NCBI GenBank assembly: GCA_964304625.1
Contig: OZ199840.1
Coordinates: forward strand, 2,344,787 to 2,408,786
Source: Kudoa neothunni
Taxonomy: Eukaryota > Animalia > Cnidaria
Direction of reading: 5' to 3'
DNA: 64,000 nucleotides
Every line of letters begins with the position of its first letter. The first letter of the stretch is position 1. A model generated the notes under the pieces. It was given only the letters and a program-made list of their open reading frames with translations. It was not told the DNA's origin and did no database searches. Of this stretch, positions 26,051 to 38,845 are shown piece after piece. The position numbers and the translations under genes are program-made.

Positions 26051-27680
26051 TGGTAACGCGACGTCGGCTTGGATCATAGTTTATAAAGTGTGTTAGAATT
26101 CTTTTATTTTCCTATCAGTTTTTGTCTGATGTATAAATAATATTTATGAATATATTTTGTAAAAGTTTTAATACTCTTAATACATTCAAACACCTTTAAT
26201 ACTCGATATTAGGCTAGTCTCGATACTTTTTGAAGAAATCACATACATTAACATCAGAATAGGATGATAATTAGAAATCATTATTGTTATAATTTCGAAA
26301 AGTAGGGAAACCAATTTTTATTTTACTGAATAAAACTATTGCAATTATTATAGTTGTAATTTTAATTGGTAGTAGTAGAGACAGTAGTTGAAGTTATTGT
26401 TGTAGGTACACGCGATAGCAGTTATATGCTATCAGGAATTAGAGGACGGAGTTACATATATCCTAGTATAGTGGGATCATAACAATTTTATTCTTCAGTG
26501 ACAAAGATTTCACTGTAAAACCTATCATTTTCACTGGAAAACATGCCATCGTAGTCATTCATGTCTTAAAATCGGGTTGTATTCGATACTGCTTTCAAGT
26601 ATTTATATATTTATTCCTTTAATTTCTAATTAATTAATCAATGGAACTCGCTTAAATTTGAATATTAATTAGGAAGCATTCTACTTTAATTTTTGTCGAC
26701 ATAAAGGTGTGGAGTCTATTAGACACCCCAAGCATCAAAGTTATAAAAATTGTTTGTTTATCACTGAGTTAATTTTTTTTAATTTAATTAAGCATTATAT
26801 AAAAGTAATGTTTCTGGAAGAATACATGGTGTATCAAACGTTGTCTATGTCAGAAAGTACACTAAAATAAGGATCCAATAGGTTCTGGAGTTTATTAGAT
26901 CTCAAACTCGCTCGGAAGTTTAAATGGCTTTTAAATTTAAAAGAGCCATCTGGAATAATAGGATCATGGCTCGAACATCTAATTGAATTCAACTTTTTGT
27001 GGAATCTCGATGGGGTATGATTCACAGCAATGCAGATACCCTATCAAGATACTTTGAGGTCAATAAAACCTGAATAGAAGAGTGCATTCCGTTAAACACT
27101 GAAAAAATTATTGACAAGCAATCTAATGATTTGTATTTATCAAAAGTAATTAGGTGTATAAAATATTGTAGAAATAATGATACCCATCTATACAAAACTC
27201 AATAAAACTACTACAAAGTGTCATGGAATATACGATCAAATCAGAAACTACAACAAACTTGTTTGGGTGAGAATTAATAATTATCTCTCGTAAAAAGTCA
27301 TTGTTAATTTTAAAATGAAATCTTAAGTGGCACAGTATGGACGAGTTCCACTCGGTAACTTCAGCATGACATTTAAGATTAAAGAGAACTCTGGGAAAAT
27401 TTCAAAAGTATTATTATTGGTCTTGGCAACGTAAGGATGTTGAGAATCATTACAAGGAATGTGGATTTTGTAAACGCAGAGAATGACAACAATAGAACCC
27501 CAAAACCAAAACGGATGAGTTCGTTTCATCATATTCACTGAAACGCATTGGAATAGACATTGTGGATCCCCTACCTACGACACCTAGAGTTGATGGATTT
27601 TTTCAGGTGATCGCCGATTACTTTACAAAATGGATGGAAACCATAGCAATGTGTGATGAAAATGCAACCAGTGCGCCCGG
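26051..27680 (+). mobile_element. Ty3/Gypsy LTR-retrotransposon remnant (RT deleted)
   Basis: RNase H end (WLEHL.EFNF..SNADTLSR, ~26965-27050); integrase HHCC region (H..LKRTL..YYW..C..C); DIVDPLP and DYFTKW motifs. Possible degenerate tRNA-Trp primer-binding site TGGTAACGCGACGT at 26051 (weak). Confidence 0.75.
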
Positions 27681-27689
27681 ATAACCGTT

Positions 27690-29340
27690 ATATCGAATCA
27701 AAATGCAACCGAGTGCAATATTGGCCAAAAAATGTATATGTTATGTGATGATATGAAACACATGGCAGTTTCAATAGCTGAAGTTCATAAATTTCTTGGT
27801 ATAATTTCAAATTATCTCTAGTATCAATAGTCTAACGAATAAATTGTCAAGAAAACGGGTGTTCAAAAGTAAACCATTGGGTGCATTTAAAGCAAAACCC
27901 TGCAGATACGGAACTAAGTTCACCAAAAAGGAAAAATGGTGACAGACGGTCAAAATTGACTGAAAACCATAATTTATACATACATTTGCGAACTTATGGA
28001 CGAGGATTGTACAATTACGTTGGATTCTATTACCCAAAAAGTTGTGGAATGTTTTGGTATCACAGTTTCTGGGCAAACGATTACGAATTGTTTAAGGGGT
28101 TTTCATTACATTTATTAAAGTTTCCATTGTACCCACGAAAAGAAATTCTCAGTTTTATATAGAAACGAGAAGAAGATTAATTGCCATTTAAAGAGTTTTC
28201 TTTAAAAAATGAATAGATCCGTGCTACAATACCAATACCTTGAATTTAAACCTTATCATTCCACTGCCATCTATATAGAGGAATTGGAGTTTCTCTCCAT
28301 CAATAAGAATATTTGGACGGGAGTTTTCAGAGTCAGGAGTGAACTTGAAGGCAAAAAGCATTCGCTCAAAAATATTACTCTAATAACGGCTATAAGCTCG
28401 GTATGGGTTCGGACAATCCACGTGGAAAATGGAACTATCAACCAACAAATTTTTTCCTACTTTCATAGATAAACTATTTGGCAACTTAGCCCGCAATGTT
28501 GTTGATAACGCCTTACTAATAAGGATAATGTGAGATTCCGTTAAAACGATCTAGTAAAGAGACAAATTTAATCACTGACCATATATTATTATTGCTTCCA
28601 TTATACACTCCGTTCTTCAATCCGATTAAGGATGTTTTCCTCCAAACTTAGTCCATTTTAAGCAACAAATGACTATCTAAAAGGGGGGAATTGATGAACG
28701 AAATTAGGACCAGCTAAAATATCAGGCGAATCATGCGGATTTCTATTTCGCAGCACGTATTAATTCGGTAGAAATTAACAATTAGGTCGATTTTATGTTG
28801 TTTTAAAAACATGATTTTTAAATTGTTGTTGTTGAAGATTGGATTTTTGTATATTCATATAAATAAGATTACAAATTTAAGTGATCATTAAAAAACAGTA
28901 AAAACTTATGTAATCTTTTATTGAAAAAAAACAATATTTGTTTATTTCAACAATAATCACGAGATGTATTGTGTCGTTTAAGTGTGTCTTATTTAAGCGC
29001 AAATAAAAAAATAAAACATCTTACATTCAAATAGTACATTTCTATGAGGCGTAAGTTTTAAAATCTGACACCGTGAATAAATCGACGACAAAAATGAACA
29101 AAAAAATTATTTCTTGCAGGTATTATAAATTGTTACAAATAAACAGAGTTCATGGATTCAAAAGATTATTTGAATCAATTTTTTAATCGTATAAAATTCA
29201 AAAAATTATTCATTCTAACATAATTAATCATTTATAATAAAGCCGACAAAAATGTTAGCGCAAAAGAAATTAAACTCAAAATTAAATGAGTTGTTTATTA
29301 AAAAGTTGCATTTTAATCCGATGCAGTTGCATTTAGATCT
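27690..29340 (+). mobile_element. IS630/Tc1-like DDE transposon remnant
   Basis: KNITLITAIS, DNVRF and LPLYTPFFNPI motifs across frameshifts; AAAATGCAAC repeats inverted at the two ends; boundaries approximate. Confidence 0.7.
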
Positions 29341-30804
29341 TGAATTATTGTATTTTATAACTGTACTGTGAATGTTTAATACATTATTAGGGGTTTTCAC
29401 GCTTAATTATGTTATATTTTTAAGAAAAACTGCGAAACATAGTAAGTAATTACGCTCCGCATCGGTATTGAGCACCAAAGGTTGGACACGAACTACTAAT
29501 TATTACACCGAAAATCTATTTTATTTGGCAAAAAAAACCTATTTATTATGTGGAAAATAGAATAATCTAATAACCAATTAACCCTTAACGGCTAACCATG
29601 GAACTGTTATGTTAAGGCTAATCATTGGATCCACGATCCATATGATTAAAATTTGGGATTAATGGATTATAAAATAATCCGATTTATTTTAAATACTCTA
29701 TGAAGTAGACGCAGAGAGAAATAAACAGCTCAGAAAGGCAATTAATTTTTCGATTCACAATTTATACATATAATGTTTTTGGTTGAATGCCCATTGCGAA
29801 CATATTTGTTGCATGTTGTACAAGTTTGCTTACTTCTGTCAAGAGCAAGGGTACAATATTTGCAGCGTTTCCTCACACGTTGGTATACATCCTTTTTAGA
29901 GACCACCTCATTATCGAACCTGTATCATATTACTTCTAATGGCCGTTTTACTGCGGACTGGTGTGCAATCTTAAGATTAGTAAATCTTCTGTCCTGGTGC
30001 TGTTTAATTAGTTCCATGGATAATGTTATTAAAAAATCTTGCCGATGAGTTGATTTATCTTTTTTAAAGTACCTTGGATTTTTTGGTTGAAAACCACAAA
30101 TGCATTAAATACGGCCACATCTAAGATTTGGGAAAATACATCGTAAGGCCATCTTTTACACTTCCATTTACAGGTGTAAGTGGAAACGCATTGATCCATG
30201 ATGTCAACACCACACTTTTTGACGTTATAATCCAATATCATATCTGGTTTGGATTTATAACCAGAACTTAAGCTGCCATTGCGGTGCTCTGATGAAAGGA
30301 TTATTACACACTTGCCCTTTTTGGGAACGTACGACATTACCGTAAACTGTTTGTAAAATCCAAACATAGATGAATATAGTTCTCTGCGCCTATTAGGTAG
30401 AAATTCTGACGGGATAAGTGCTCGACGTTTTCGTACAGTTCCTAATATAGATGTGTTATTTTTGTGTAAATATTGGGCAAGTTTCCAAGTCGTGAAAAAG
30501 TGGTCACAAATAATACTTCGGCCACAGTTGAGCAAATGCTGAGTGAGATCAACGACTACTTTAAAACTTGTGTTCGCTTCACGTTGGTTGTTTACTTTAC
30601 CCGCATATGGAATTATGTTGGATACATATCGAGTTTCGCTGTCACAAACTACCCAAAATTTTATACCATATTTAGATGGCTTCTTAGGCATATAGACTAA
30701 AAACGATACTCTCCCTCGAAATGGATATAACTGTTCATCTACAGTTAAGTTTACACCTGGTGAGTAACTTGTTTTGCAGATGTTCCTAAATTGGTTAAAA
30801 ATAT

Positions 30805-33800
30805 GGAAGTGGCTATATCTCAGGTACCTGATAATCCGGTCGGCCTCAGGCTATATCTCAGGTAATCAATATCTCTAAAACTACTCAATATTGTTTGCCA
30901 ATATTCCATATATCATCTAATGTTTATCTAACTTAAGTTTTTGTAGATTTTTGAAAAATTAAAAAAAATTATTATTTCTTTGTGTGACCATACACAAGTC
31001 CAACCGCAGCTGGGCACGATTTTTTATTTTTTTAATATAATTTCATCAATTAGAATCATTATACACAAAATATAGAAATAATAATAAATTTCAGAGTTAT
31101 CTATAACTTGAGCGCGTAATTTCTCTTTCTAATTAGCGTGGCGCAGGATGAGTTCAAATATGTTTGCAATTGGAAAACGATTTCATTCTTTCGAGGAACT
31201 CGATAATGCTATAAAAAATTACTAAGAGTCAAACTTTTGCATTCTTTATAAATATCAAGCGATGACTATTTCGAATATTCGAAATAGAATTACAAAATAA
31301 ATTAACCAATCTCTGCGGTATCATGAAATTACACATCGTTGTATTTTCAGTGGCAAGAATAAAACAAAATCCGATGGAATTAGAAACAAACCGGCATTAA
31401 TGGGAAACTGCCCCTTGGTTTTATACCTTAGGACCTCTGTTGATGGTGTAGCACTTGAAGTACGTTCTAGTATATTAGAACATAATCATGATTTAAGTGC
31501 AGTGCTATATCGAAATCTCCCGAAACAACGAAAAATTGACCTAAATGACCCAAATCTCGTGGAATTAATTCACTTTAAGGTCAATACAAAATTAATTCAA
31601 AATAAAATTTACAACGAAACGGGTAAAAACATCCGTTTGAAGTCCATCCACAACATAAGAGCAAACAAAGACTCATTCGGTGATAACCTATGTGTAATAG
31701 AGAAAATATTGAAAGAAGATTTCAATTGTTGCGTTAGGATTTTATATGATAAACATAAAGTCGTTAATCGTTAATGGAATTTTTTTCACTGACGACAAAA
31801 TGAAATCATTTTTGGAATTTTATCCTGAGGTTATGTTCATTTATGCAACTTATAAACTCCTTAATTCAAGGTAACTTTTGAAAATGGATGAATAATTTTA
31901 TAATTTTAGAGCCCCGTTATACATATCTGATGGGGAGTATTCTTTTGGTTTGACTCACATTTCGAGTGCCTGCATTCTCTACGAAGAGATGGAAGATTCA
32001 ATCCAATGGTTTTGTAATACTTTGGCAGAATTGATACCAAACTTATCAAAAAATGTACATACCATTGTTACAGACAAGGATGAAAAGCTAAGAAAATGTC
32101 TCAAATTAAGTTTTCCACTATCATCATTCATTTTATGTAAATTTCATGTGAATCAAATTTTTCAAAGACATCACCGTTAACAAATTTGAGACATCTTTTA
32201 TTAAAAGACAAGAGATTTTAAGTTGTTTACAAAAAATGATGTACTCGACTGATTACATTGAATATTTGCATTATGTTGACCAAATTCACGATTTTAAAAA
32301 TCCCAAATTAAGTGAATATTTCAAAAGAAATTGGGAAGGAGTATACAATGAATGGGTCATTGGTATCAGCAATACGAAAAATTTTTACGACAACGAAACC
32401 AATAATCGCCTTGAAGTAATAAATTCCCAAATTAAAAGTGTTGTCCAAAAATTCAGCTCGTTGGCCAACTTCATCCAAAGTTTTTTTAAAATTCTAAGTT
32501 CACTTAAAATTGAAAGGGAAGTTTCTTCAATTGATCAACTGTATTATGAATCAAATGAGATTCTCAACAATAAGCAGGTTCTACACCATAAAGAATGTCT
32601 GAGGAATTATGCACTTATCATGCTTCAAAAAGAACATAAATTCGTGGACAATACTGCATTATCCTCTAACTCAAATGAAACCACAAGTCGATCAACGTGT
32701 CTTTGTTTATTTTATCGCTCATTTTCATTACCATGTCGCCATGTTCTAAGCTACAGGTTATCAGAAAAACTTCCGTTATTCTGTGAAACATTATGCAATG
32801 ATCGATGGAAAAAGGCATATGGAATGAAGTTTTTAAATGCGGAATCTACAACTCAAAATAATACAGAAAATCTTCCTACTGTTGTTCTTGAAAAGAAACA
32901 AAAAATTAACATAAAGACATTCGGACAAAAGTTGAAGTACACGTCAAATTTTACAACCAAACTAGCCTACTCAACTTCCGAATTTTTCGAAAAATCAATA
33001 AATCTATTGGAAAAAATAATTAGAAGTCACGATGTCATGGTTATCGATCAGTTCCTTGATACATGTGATTTTTGTTTATAAATGAAATATTAAATTTTAT
33101 ATAGTTAAAGATGAAACTGAATTTCAAGAAAACGTATAAAATTTATAATTTGACTTTAACTAATAAAAATTAGGAGTCATCGATAAATTTAATAGAAGTC
33201 TCACCTACCAAAATACCAAAACTTAATTCCAGTGATGATTTTGGTCCTCTAGAAGAACAAATTGATTGTAACGATGAATCAAACGCCATCGTAGAACCTC
33301 AATTAAAAGGTTAAACCTAAAAAAAATTATGTTAATTTTTGTTTAGATCTAGTGATTCCTTCTAAAGTTAAGTCGATTGGTCGACCACGAGGAAGTCGTT
33401 TAACTGCAATCGGAATTATAAAGAAAAAGAAATAAAATTATAACTTTAAAATTAAATATATAAAAAAATTTAATTTCGAGAATAATCCTCTACATGTGTC
33501 ATATGAAAGCTGTTTTATTGAGTGATCGCTTAAACTAATATTTAAATCCATTATTAGTTTTATTTCATATAACGTGAAAAATGTTAATTTCTTAAAAAAA
33601 AGACAAAAATTATTATTATTTCTATATTTTGTGTATAATGATGCTAATTGATGAAATTATATTAAAAAAATAAAAAATCGTACCCAGCTGCTGTTGGACT
33701 TGTGTATGGTCACACAAACAAAAAATAATTTTTTTTTAATTTTTCAAAAATCTACAAAAACTTAAGTTAGATGAATATAAGATGATGTGTGGAATATAGG

Positions 33801-33855
33801 CAAACAATATTGAGTAGTTTTAGAGATATTGATTACCTGAGATATAGCCACTACT
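30805..33855 (+). mobile_element. Mutator-like element MULE1 (SWIM-type)
   Basis: ~245-bp TIRs; 9-bp TSD TAAAAATAT (30796-804, 33856-864); N-terminal CP..HNH, ATYKL, VTDKD, LCKFHV, TNNRLE and SWIM (CLC...LPCRH) motifs. Confidence 0.95.
31148..33435 (+). pseudogene. MULE/SWIM transposase with four micro-introns (31871-31909, 33065-33104, 33134-33173, 33310-33346)
   Basis: All four are GT-AG, 37-40 nt; splicing the last three extends ORF 32236 without stops to ...SIGRPRGSRLTAIGIIKKKK* at 33435. Confidence 0.85.
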
Positions 33856-35026
33856 TAAAAATATCCCTTGTAGGTCTAAACTTGTCGGTCTAATTGTAAG
33901 AATTATTTCGATTCCAATACTCATCAAATCTTAATGAATTAGAGATCTGTTTAAATATTTCACGGTACATCATGGCACGAAATAATGGCCTTCCGTGTAT
34001 TTCATGCCACAATATTTTGCTGTTTTCAAAGTTAGATTTATACGCACCACCCAGAAGTAGCAGCCCAATAAACGCTTTGAACTTAATCAAGTAGATAGCT
34101 TTCCATTTTTCTGTCAAAACGTCGAAACCTATCCTATTAGTGTATAAAATAATATCATCCATCATCCTTGAAGTAAAAAATAGGTGAAAATGCTGCTTGG
34201 CGTTGTTGTGTCTATTGAATCGATTGGGACACCTTTTTTAATATTAGCGCTTATTATATTAATGGAGGGAGTTCTTCCAGATCTCAGTTGGGATGACCAG
34301 ATAATTGATTCGTCTTTCGAAACAAAGTTATCTTTTAGCCTATTATTATTATTTTCATTCTTGTGGAGAATATAAGACTAATTGGTTTATCTGATTTTGT
34401 CGATATCAGTATCGAATGCACCTTTATTAATCATTAATGTTATAAAATCTATTTATTTAAAAGTATTGTTTGCCATTTATATTGTTTTCTTCTTCATCGC
34501 TATTCAAGTAGGATTCGTCTAAGTAAATTTCTAACTCAAGCGACGAAACACTTTCATTATCCGATGAAAGAAAGTCACTAGACGAATCAAAACTTATCAT
34601 TCTAGCTTTGGAACACACCAGGGGGATTAATTGTCGTGCATAACCAATATTAGTCAACTTAATATTAAGACCATAAGTTGAAGAACGGATTAAAATAAGA
34701 AAAAAATTTCCTCTTAATTTTATAAGATGATAGAAATTGTTTTGCTCGTAATTTACGTGAAATGAGAACAAAAATCGCGCCTTATTTTGGTCTATGAAGG
34801 AGATTTATACCCTACTTGGACCGTGGATCGAATGGTTAGCCACAAAGGGTTAAATAAATGGAATGATTTTGTTTAACGATGTATGTGGCCGGCCACGTTA
34901 CGTGTCATTTGGTTAATTGTTTCTTAAGATTAATTCAAACTAATATTAAACTTATTATTGTAATATACATTCAGCGAATATAGGAACACCTCTTTTAAGG
35001 CTCGACTAAAATAATCCGCATATTAA

Positions 35027-37293
35027 CCTTCTAACGGATTTGGGGTGTATTACACCCCAAATCACATTTAATCCGAGAATAGCATTTTACGAGCTTCTCA
35101 TATTAAATCGAAATTTACGCTATTCATCTATATTTATGAATTGTACAACATAACAAAAATTTGGATAAATTATAAGCTTTTGTCATGCCGAAAAAATCCA
35201 TCCTTTAACAGGTTTGGGGTGAAAAACACCCCACCTTTTTTTCGTTAAATTTCCTCAAAAAGTGATTTTGAGTTGATTTATATATTTTTAGAAAATTCTA
35301 TCAACGGAATTTTATTTTTTTAATTATGCGCCAATTTGGGTATGTGAACAAGCGAGATTATTTGAATCCGAAGATTTCATGTGTTCGGTTGTCCTGGTAG
35401 TTGAATTACAACGAGCACTTCTGATGAGTTTTTTGATGACATCCAATCGTCTGACAGCGAAATAGATGATAATTTGTTCGAATTATCATGCAACTCTGAT
35501 GAAATATCTGAGAATGAAGGTGCTGAAGATGATACAACCGCTAAAAGCGTAATCCTCTGGACATTGAAAAAACCAACATCGTCAAGAACGTCGATTGAAA
35601 ACATAATGGATTCTCATCCTGGCCCAACGGCATATGCCTTACAAAGGATCCAAAATATTTTAGATTGTTTCGTTATTTTTTTACGAATCATATTTGCCAA
35701 GAAATTATTAAATATACTAATCTATTTGGAAAATCTCAAATTCGTGATTCTTGGATTGATTTAGACGAGACAGAATTCAACGGATTTTGGGGGGTTCTAA
35801 TATTGATGGCTATCCGTAAAGATAGAGAAGAGCCTCTATCTCTATTGGAACTTTTTAGTTTAACTGAAGGGAAACAAATATATCGCCAACTCTTCTCCTA
35901 TAATCGCTTTAGGCAAATACTACGAAGTCTTCACTTTGATGATACAACCACAAGAGCACAAAGGAGGGAACAAGACAAATTTTGTCCTATTCGCCATTAA
36001 TGGAGCATGTGGATGAAAATACTTCCAATGTGCTATTCACCTACTGAGGATGTCACTGTTGATGAGCGGTTGGTTTCTTTTAAAGGACGATGTCCTTTTA
36101 GGCAGTATATGCCGCTGAAACCGGCTAAATACGGATTGAAATTTTTTCTTCTTGTGGATCTGGTACACAGCTACGTTTTAAATATTTCCCCATATCGTGG
36201 AAAAAATAAAGACCAAGTTAGCCGATCCTCAAGCGTTGGTGAAAATATTGTGCTATCGCTGGCGACTCCATTATACCATACAGGCAGAACGATTGTGGCA
36301 GATAATTTCTTCTCGTCTATCAAACTATGGACCAAACTATTAGAGAAACGCCTATCATAGTTAGGAACCAAACGGCAAAACAAAAGAGACCTTCCTTCAT
36401 GTGTTCTTCCATCCAAAGGTAGAGAATTACATAGCACTACCTTTGCATTAAAAAAAAATATGTTGACGTCCTACGTGAATAAAAAGAACAAGTGTGTAAT
36501 TCTTCTGTCAACGGAGACATTTAACGTCGATATATCTGAAAATAAAAAAACCTCAGACTATACTCTGGTACAATAAAAAAAGGGAGGTGTGGACACGGTC
36601 GATAGAATGTTGGCATCCGTATCTGTGCGCCGATTCAACAGAAGATGACCAATGATCGTATTTTATAACATGGTTGATCTGTCCTTAATTAATGCGTTTG
36701 CATTATACAAAATTATATTCAATCGACCAACAAAATTAAGACGCACACTTTGAAGGAGATGGCGGAAGCATTGTATCAACCCCTAATTGATAAAAATATT
36801 AAAGTTAACTGGGTTAAAAGGATCAAAGTTCCAAAGCATGGATAATTTAAAGAATATACCAACCACCCCTAAACAAGAACGTTGTGCCTTCTGTCCTCGC
36901 CAAAATGATAAAAATCATTTAGCAAATGTTCAAACTGCGAACGTTATTATTGCCAGCTTCATTCATCTAGAAAATGCTGATTGCGATCAATCGTAGTAAT
37001 TATCTATCCTTAAAATTTTAAAATTATATAATTTGTTTCAAACTTGTTTTTTTACGCTACTTAACGTTAGGCTCTATTTTTCGTTGTGAGTCACGAACCT
37101 TAAACCGAACAGTGCCGAAGCGGATTAATTGAATGTTAAATGTAAATTTACTCCAATTTCTGTCGATAGAATTTTCTAAAAATTTATAAATCAACTTAAA
37201 ATAATTTTCTGAGGAAACTTAACAGAGAAAAAAGATGGAGTGTTTTTCACCCCAAGCCCATTAGAGGATGGAATTTTTCGATAGCTTAGAGGG
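35027..37293 (+). mobile_element. piggyBac pB7, full-length, decayed
   Basis: TTAA at 35023-26 and 37294-97; ends CCTTCTAA / CCCTCTAA; TVDERLVSFKGRCPFRQYMP, VADNFF and GGVDTVD motifs. Confidence 0.92.
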
Positions 37294-37768
37294 TTAACTG
37301 GCTGTTGTTGTTTAAGATAGTACATTACATTCCTTCTTATGTTTGAAAACAATCAAATTTTGACGGTAGTAATACTGATATACCACTTAAGGTTATTGTA
37401 ATTGAATTTTTATAAGATTGTTAAATAGCCGAATGATTTATGAGGTGGTTTAATTTTAATAAATGGTTTCGAGGTTCTAATGGTATCACTGAAGTGTACT
37501 TTTAGAAATCAATCATTAGGATCTTGAACAGTGTGCACCAATCCATTTCTTTTGCCGATTCTATAAGAGCTCTCATATGTAGGTGATAATAACGTTATTC
37601 TTCTTTTTTTGATTTAAACATTATCTCCATCGGGTGTGACTTTTAGCGGTAGTTTCGATTGTAGCATTTGAGCTGTTTCAGTTGTGACTGTCTAATCCAA
37701 TCCGTTTCGATACCTTGGTATTATTTAAAAATTTTATTTTTATTACTTATCAGCTGTAAACATAAAAA

Positions 37769-38565
37769 TCTACTATCCAACTACATAAAGTAGTAGTGTC
37801 CGTGTGTGTGCATCAATCGTCTCCTCATACAGAGACTTTCTTTAGTATTTGAGATTATTTTTGTACTTTAAAAATACAAATATAACTACAAAAATATAAC
37901 AGGGTTGTCTGTTTTCTTATAAAGTGGTGAATTGATAGTGTCAACTTTTTGTAGACAAATTAGCGCTGATGATAATGAGATTACCACTGCACGTGATTTG
38001 CTAATGAGTTCAGTGATGTGCTTAACTTTAATTTATATTATTTAAATACAATTGTAACTTTAATTTTACTCTTTTCTACTTTTGGACGTACTTAAGACGA
38101 TCTACAACATTCGTTCGTGCGTAGGCGAGGACCAGATGTAAACGAAAATTTGTTATTTAAACGGGAGATTAATACGTGTGAATAAATTATATACTTTGTA
38201 CGTTTGATTAAAGATAATTTTTTTTTAATTTTTTAAATAAACATAAAATGATGTTAACACGTTATAATGAGATTAAACATTGTTAACAAACTTTTAGATT
38301 AGTTAGTTCTTCGACGGATTAGTTAAAGCGATTAATACACCACACGAGTTGTAAGAACTTATGATTTCTAAATGAAAATTAAGTCCAATAAGGATTCAAG
38401 TGAAGATGCTCGGATTATTGCTGCTTATTTCGATCAATAATATAGTCCAAAGAACGATAAAATAATTATAATTGACTTTGAACTTAAAATGACCTTGGTC
38501 TACTCAAGGCCTTAGTCTGCGTGGCCGGACAAGGAAACCCACTCGAAGCGGAGTCTTTTCGCTAG
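37769..38565 (+). mobile_element. Non-autonomous Helitron H1 (797 bp)
   Basis: A|TC start, CTAG|T end, subterminal hairpin, no TSD; colinear along its length with 57949-58736. Confidence 0.88.
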
Positions 38566-38569
38566 TATC

Positions 38570-38603
<34 letters not shown>

Positions 38604-38845
38604 CTGAGGTGTCCGTGTGTGGCGATAAGTACGCAGGCGCGTCACAATTTTTCCGTATAGAGACACATGAATTTTTTTAAAAATCACGTTTCACAAAATC
38701 TTTCTATCGTTTTCACAGTATTTAATTTTCCTAAAAAAAGTCGTGAGGCGACAACTCGCCGAACGATACACAAAAAACCACACTTTAGTAACAATTAAAT
38801 ATCAAAGAGAGAAACTTTTTGTTAAATTTATCATACTTCCAATTA

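Larger units (their letters stand above)
29582..34849 (-). mobile_element. piggyBac pB6 split by a MULE
   Basis: TTAA at 29578-81 and 34850-53; TIR CCCTT...GGCTAACCAT; the transposase rejoins as DKFRPTRDIFNQFRNICK across the insert; related to pB5. Confidence 0.93.

Noticed and set aside
13995-36648. TGA at conserved Trp positions (~13995, ~14694, ~24567, ~36646), suggesting TGA=Trp
   Set aside because: TGG is used at most Trp sites, and TAG appears at others (~10901, ~41672). The same genes also have frameshifts and TAA stops. G-to-A decay explains the pattern.
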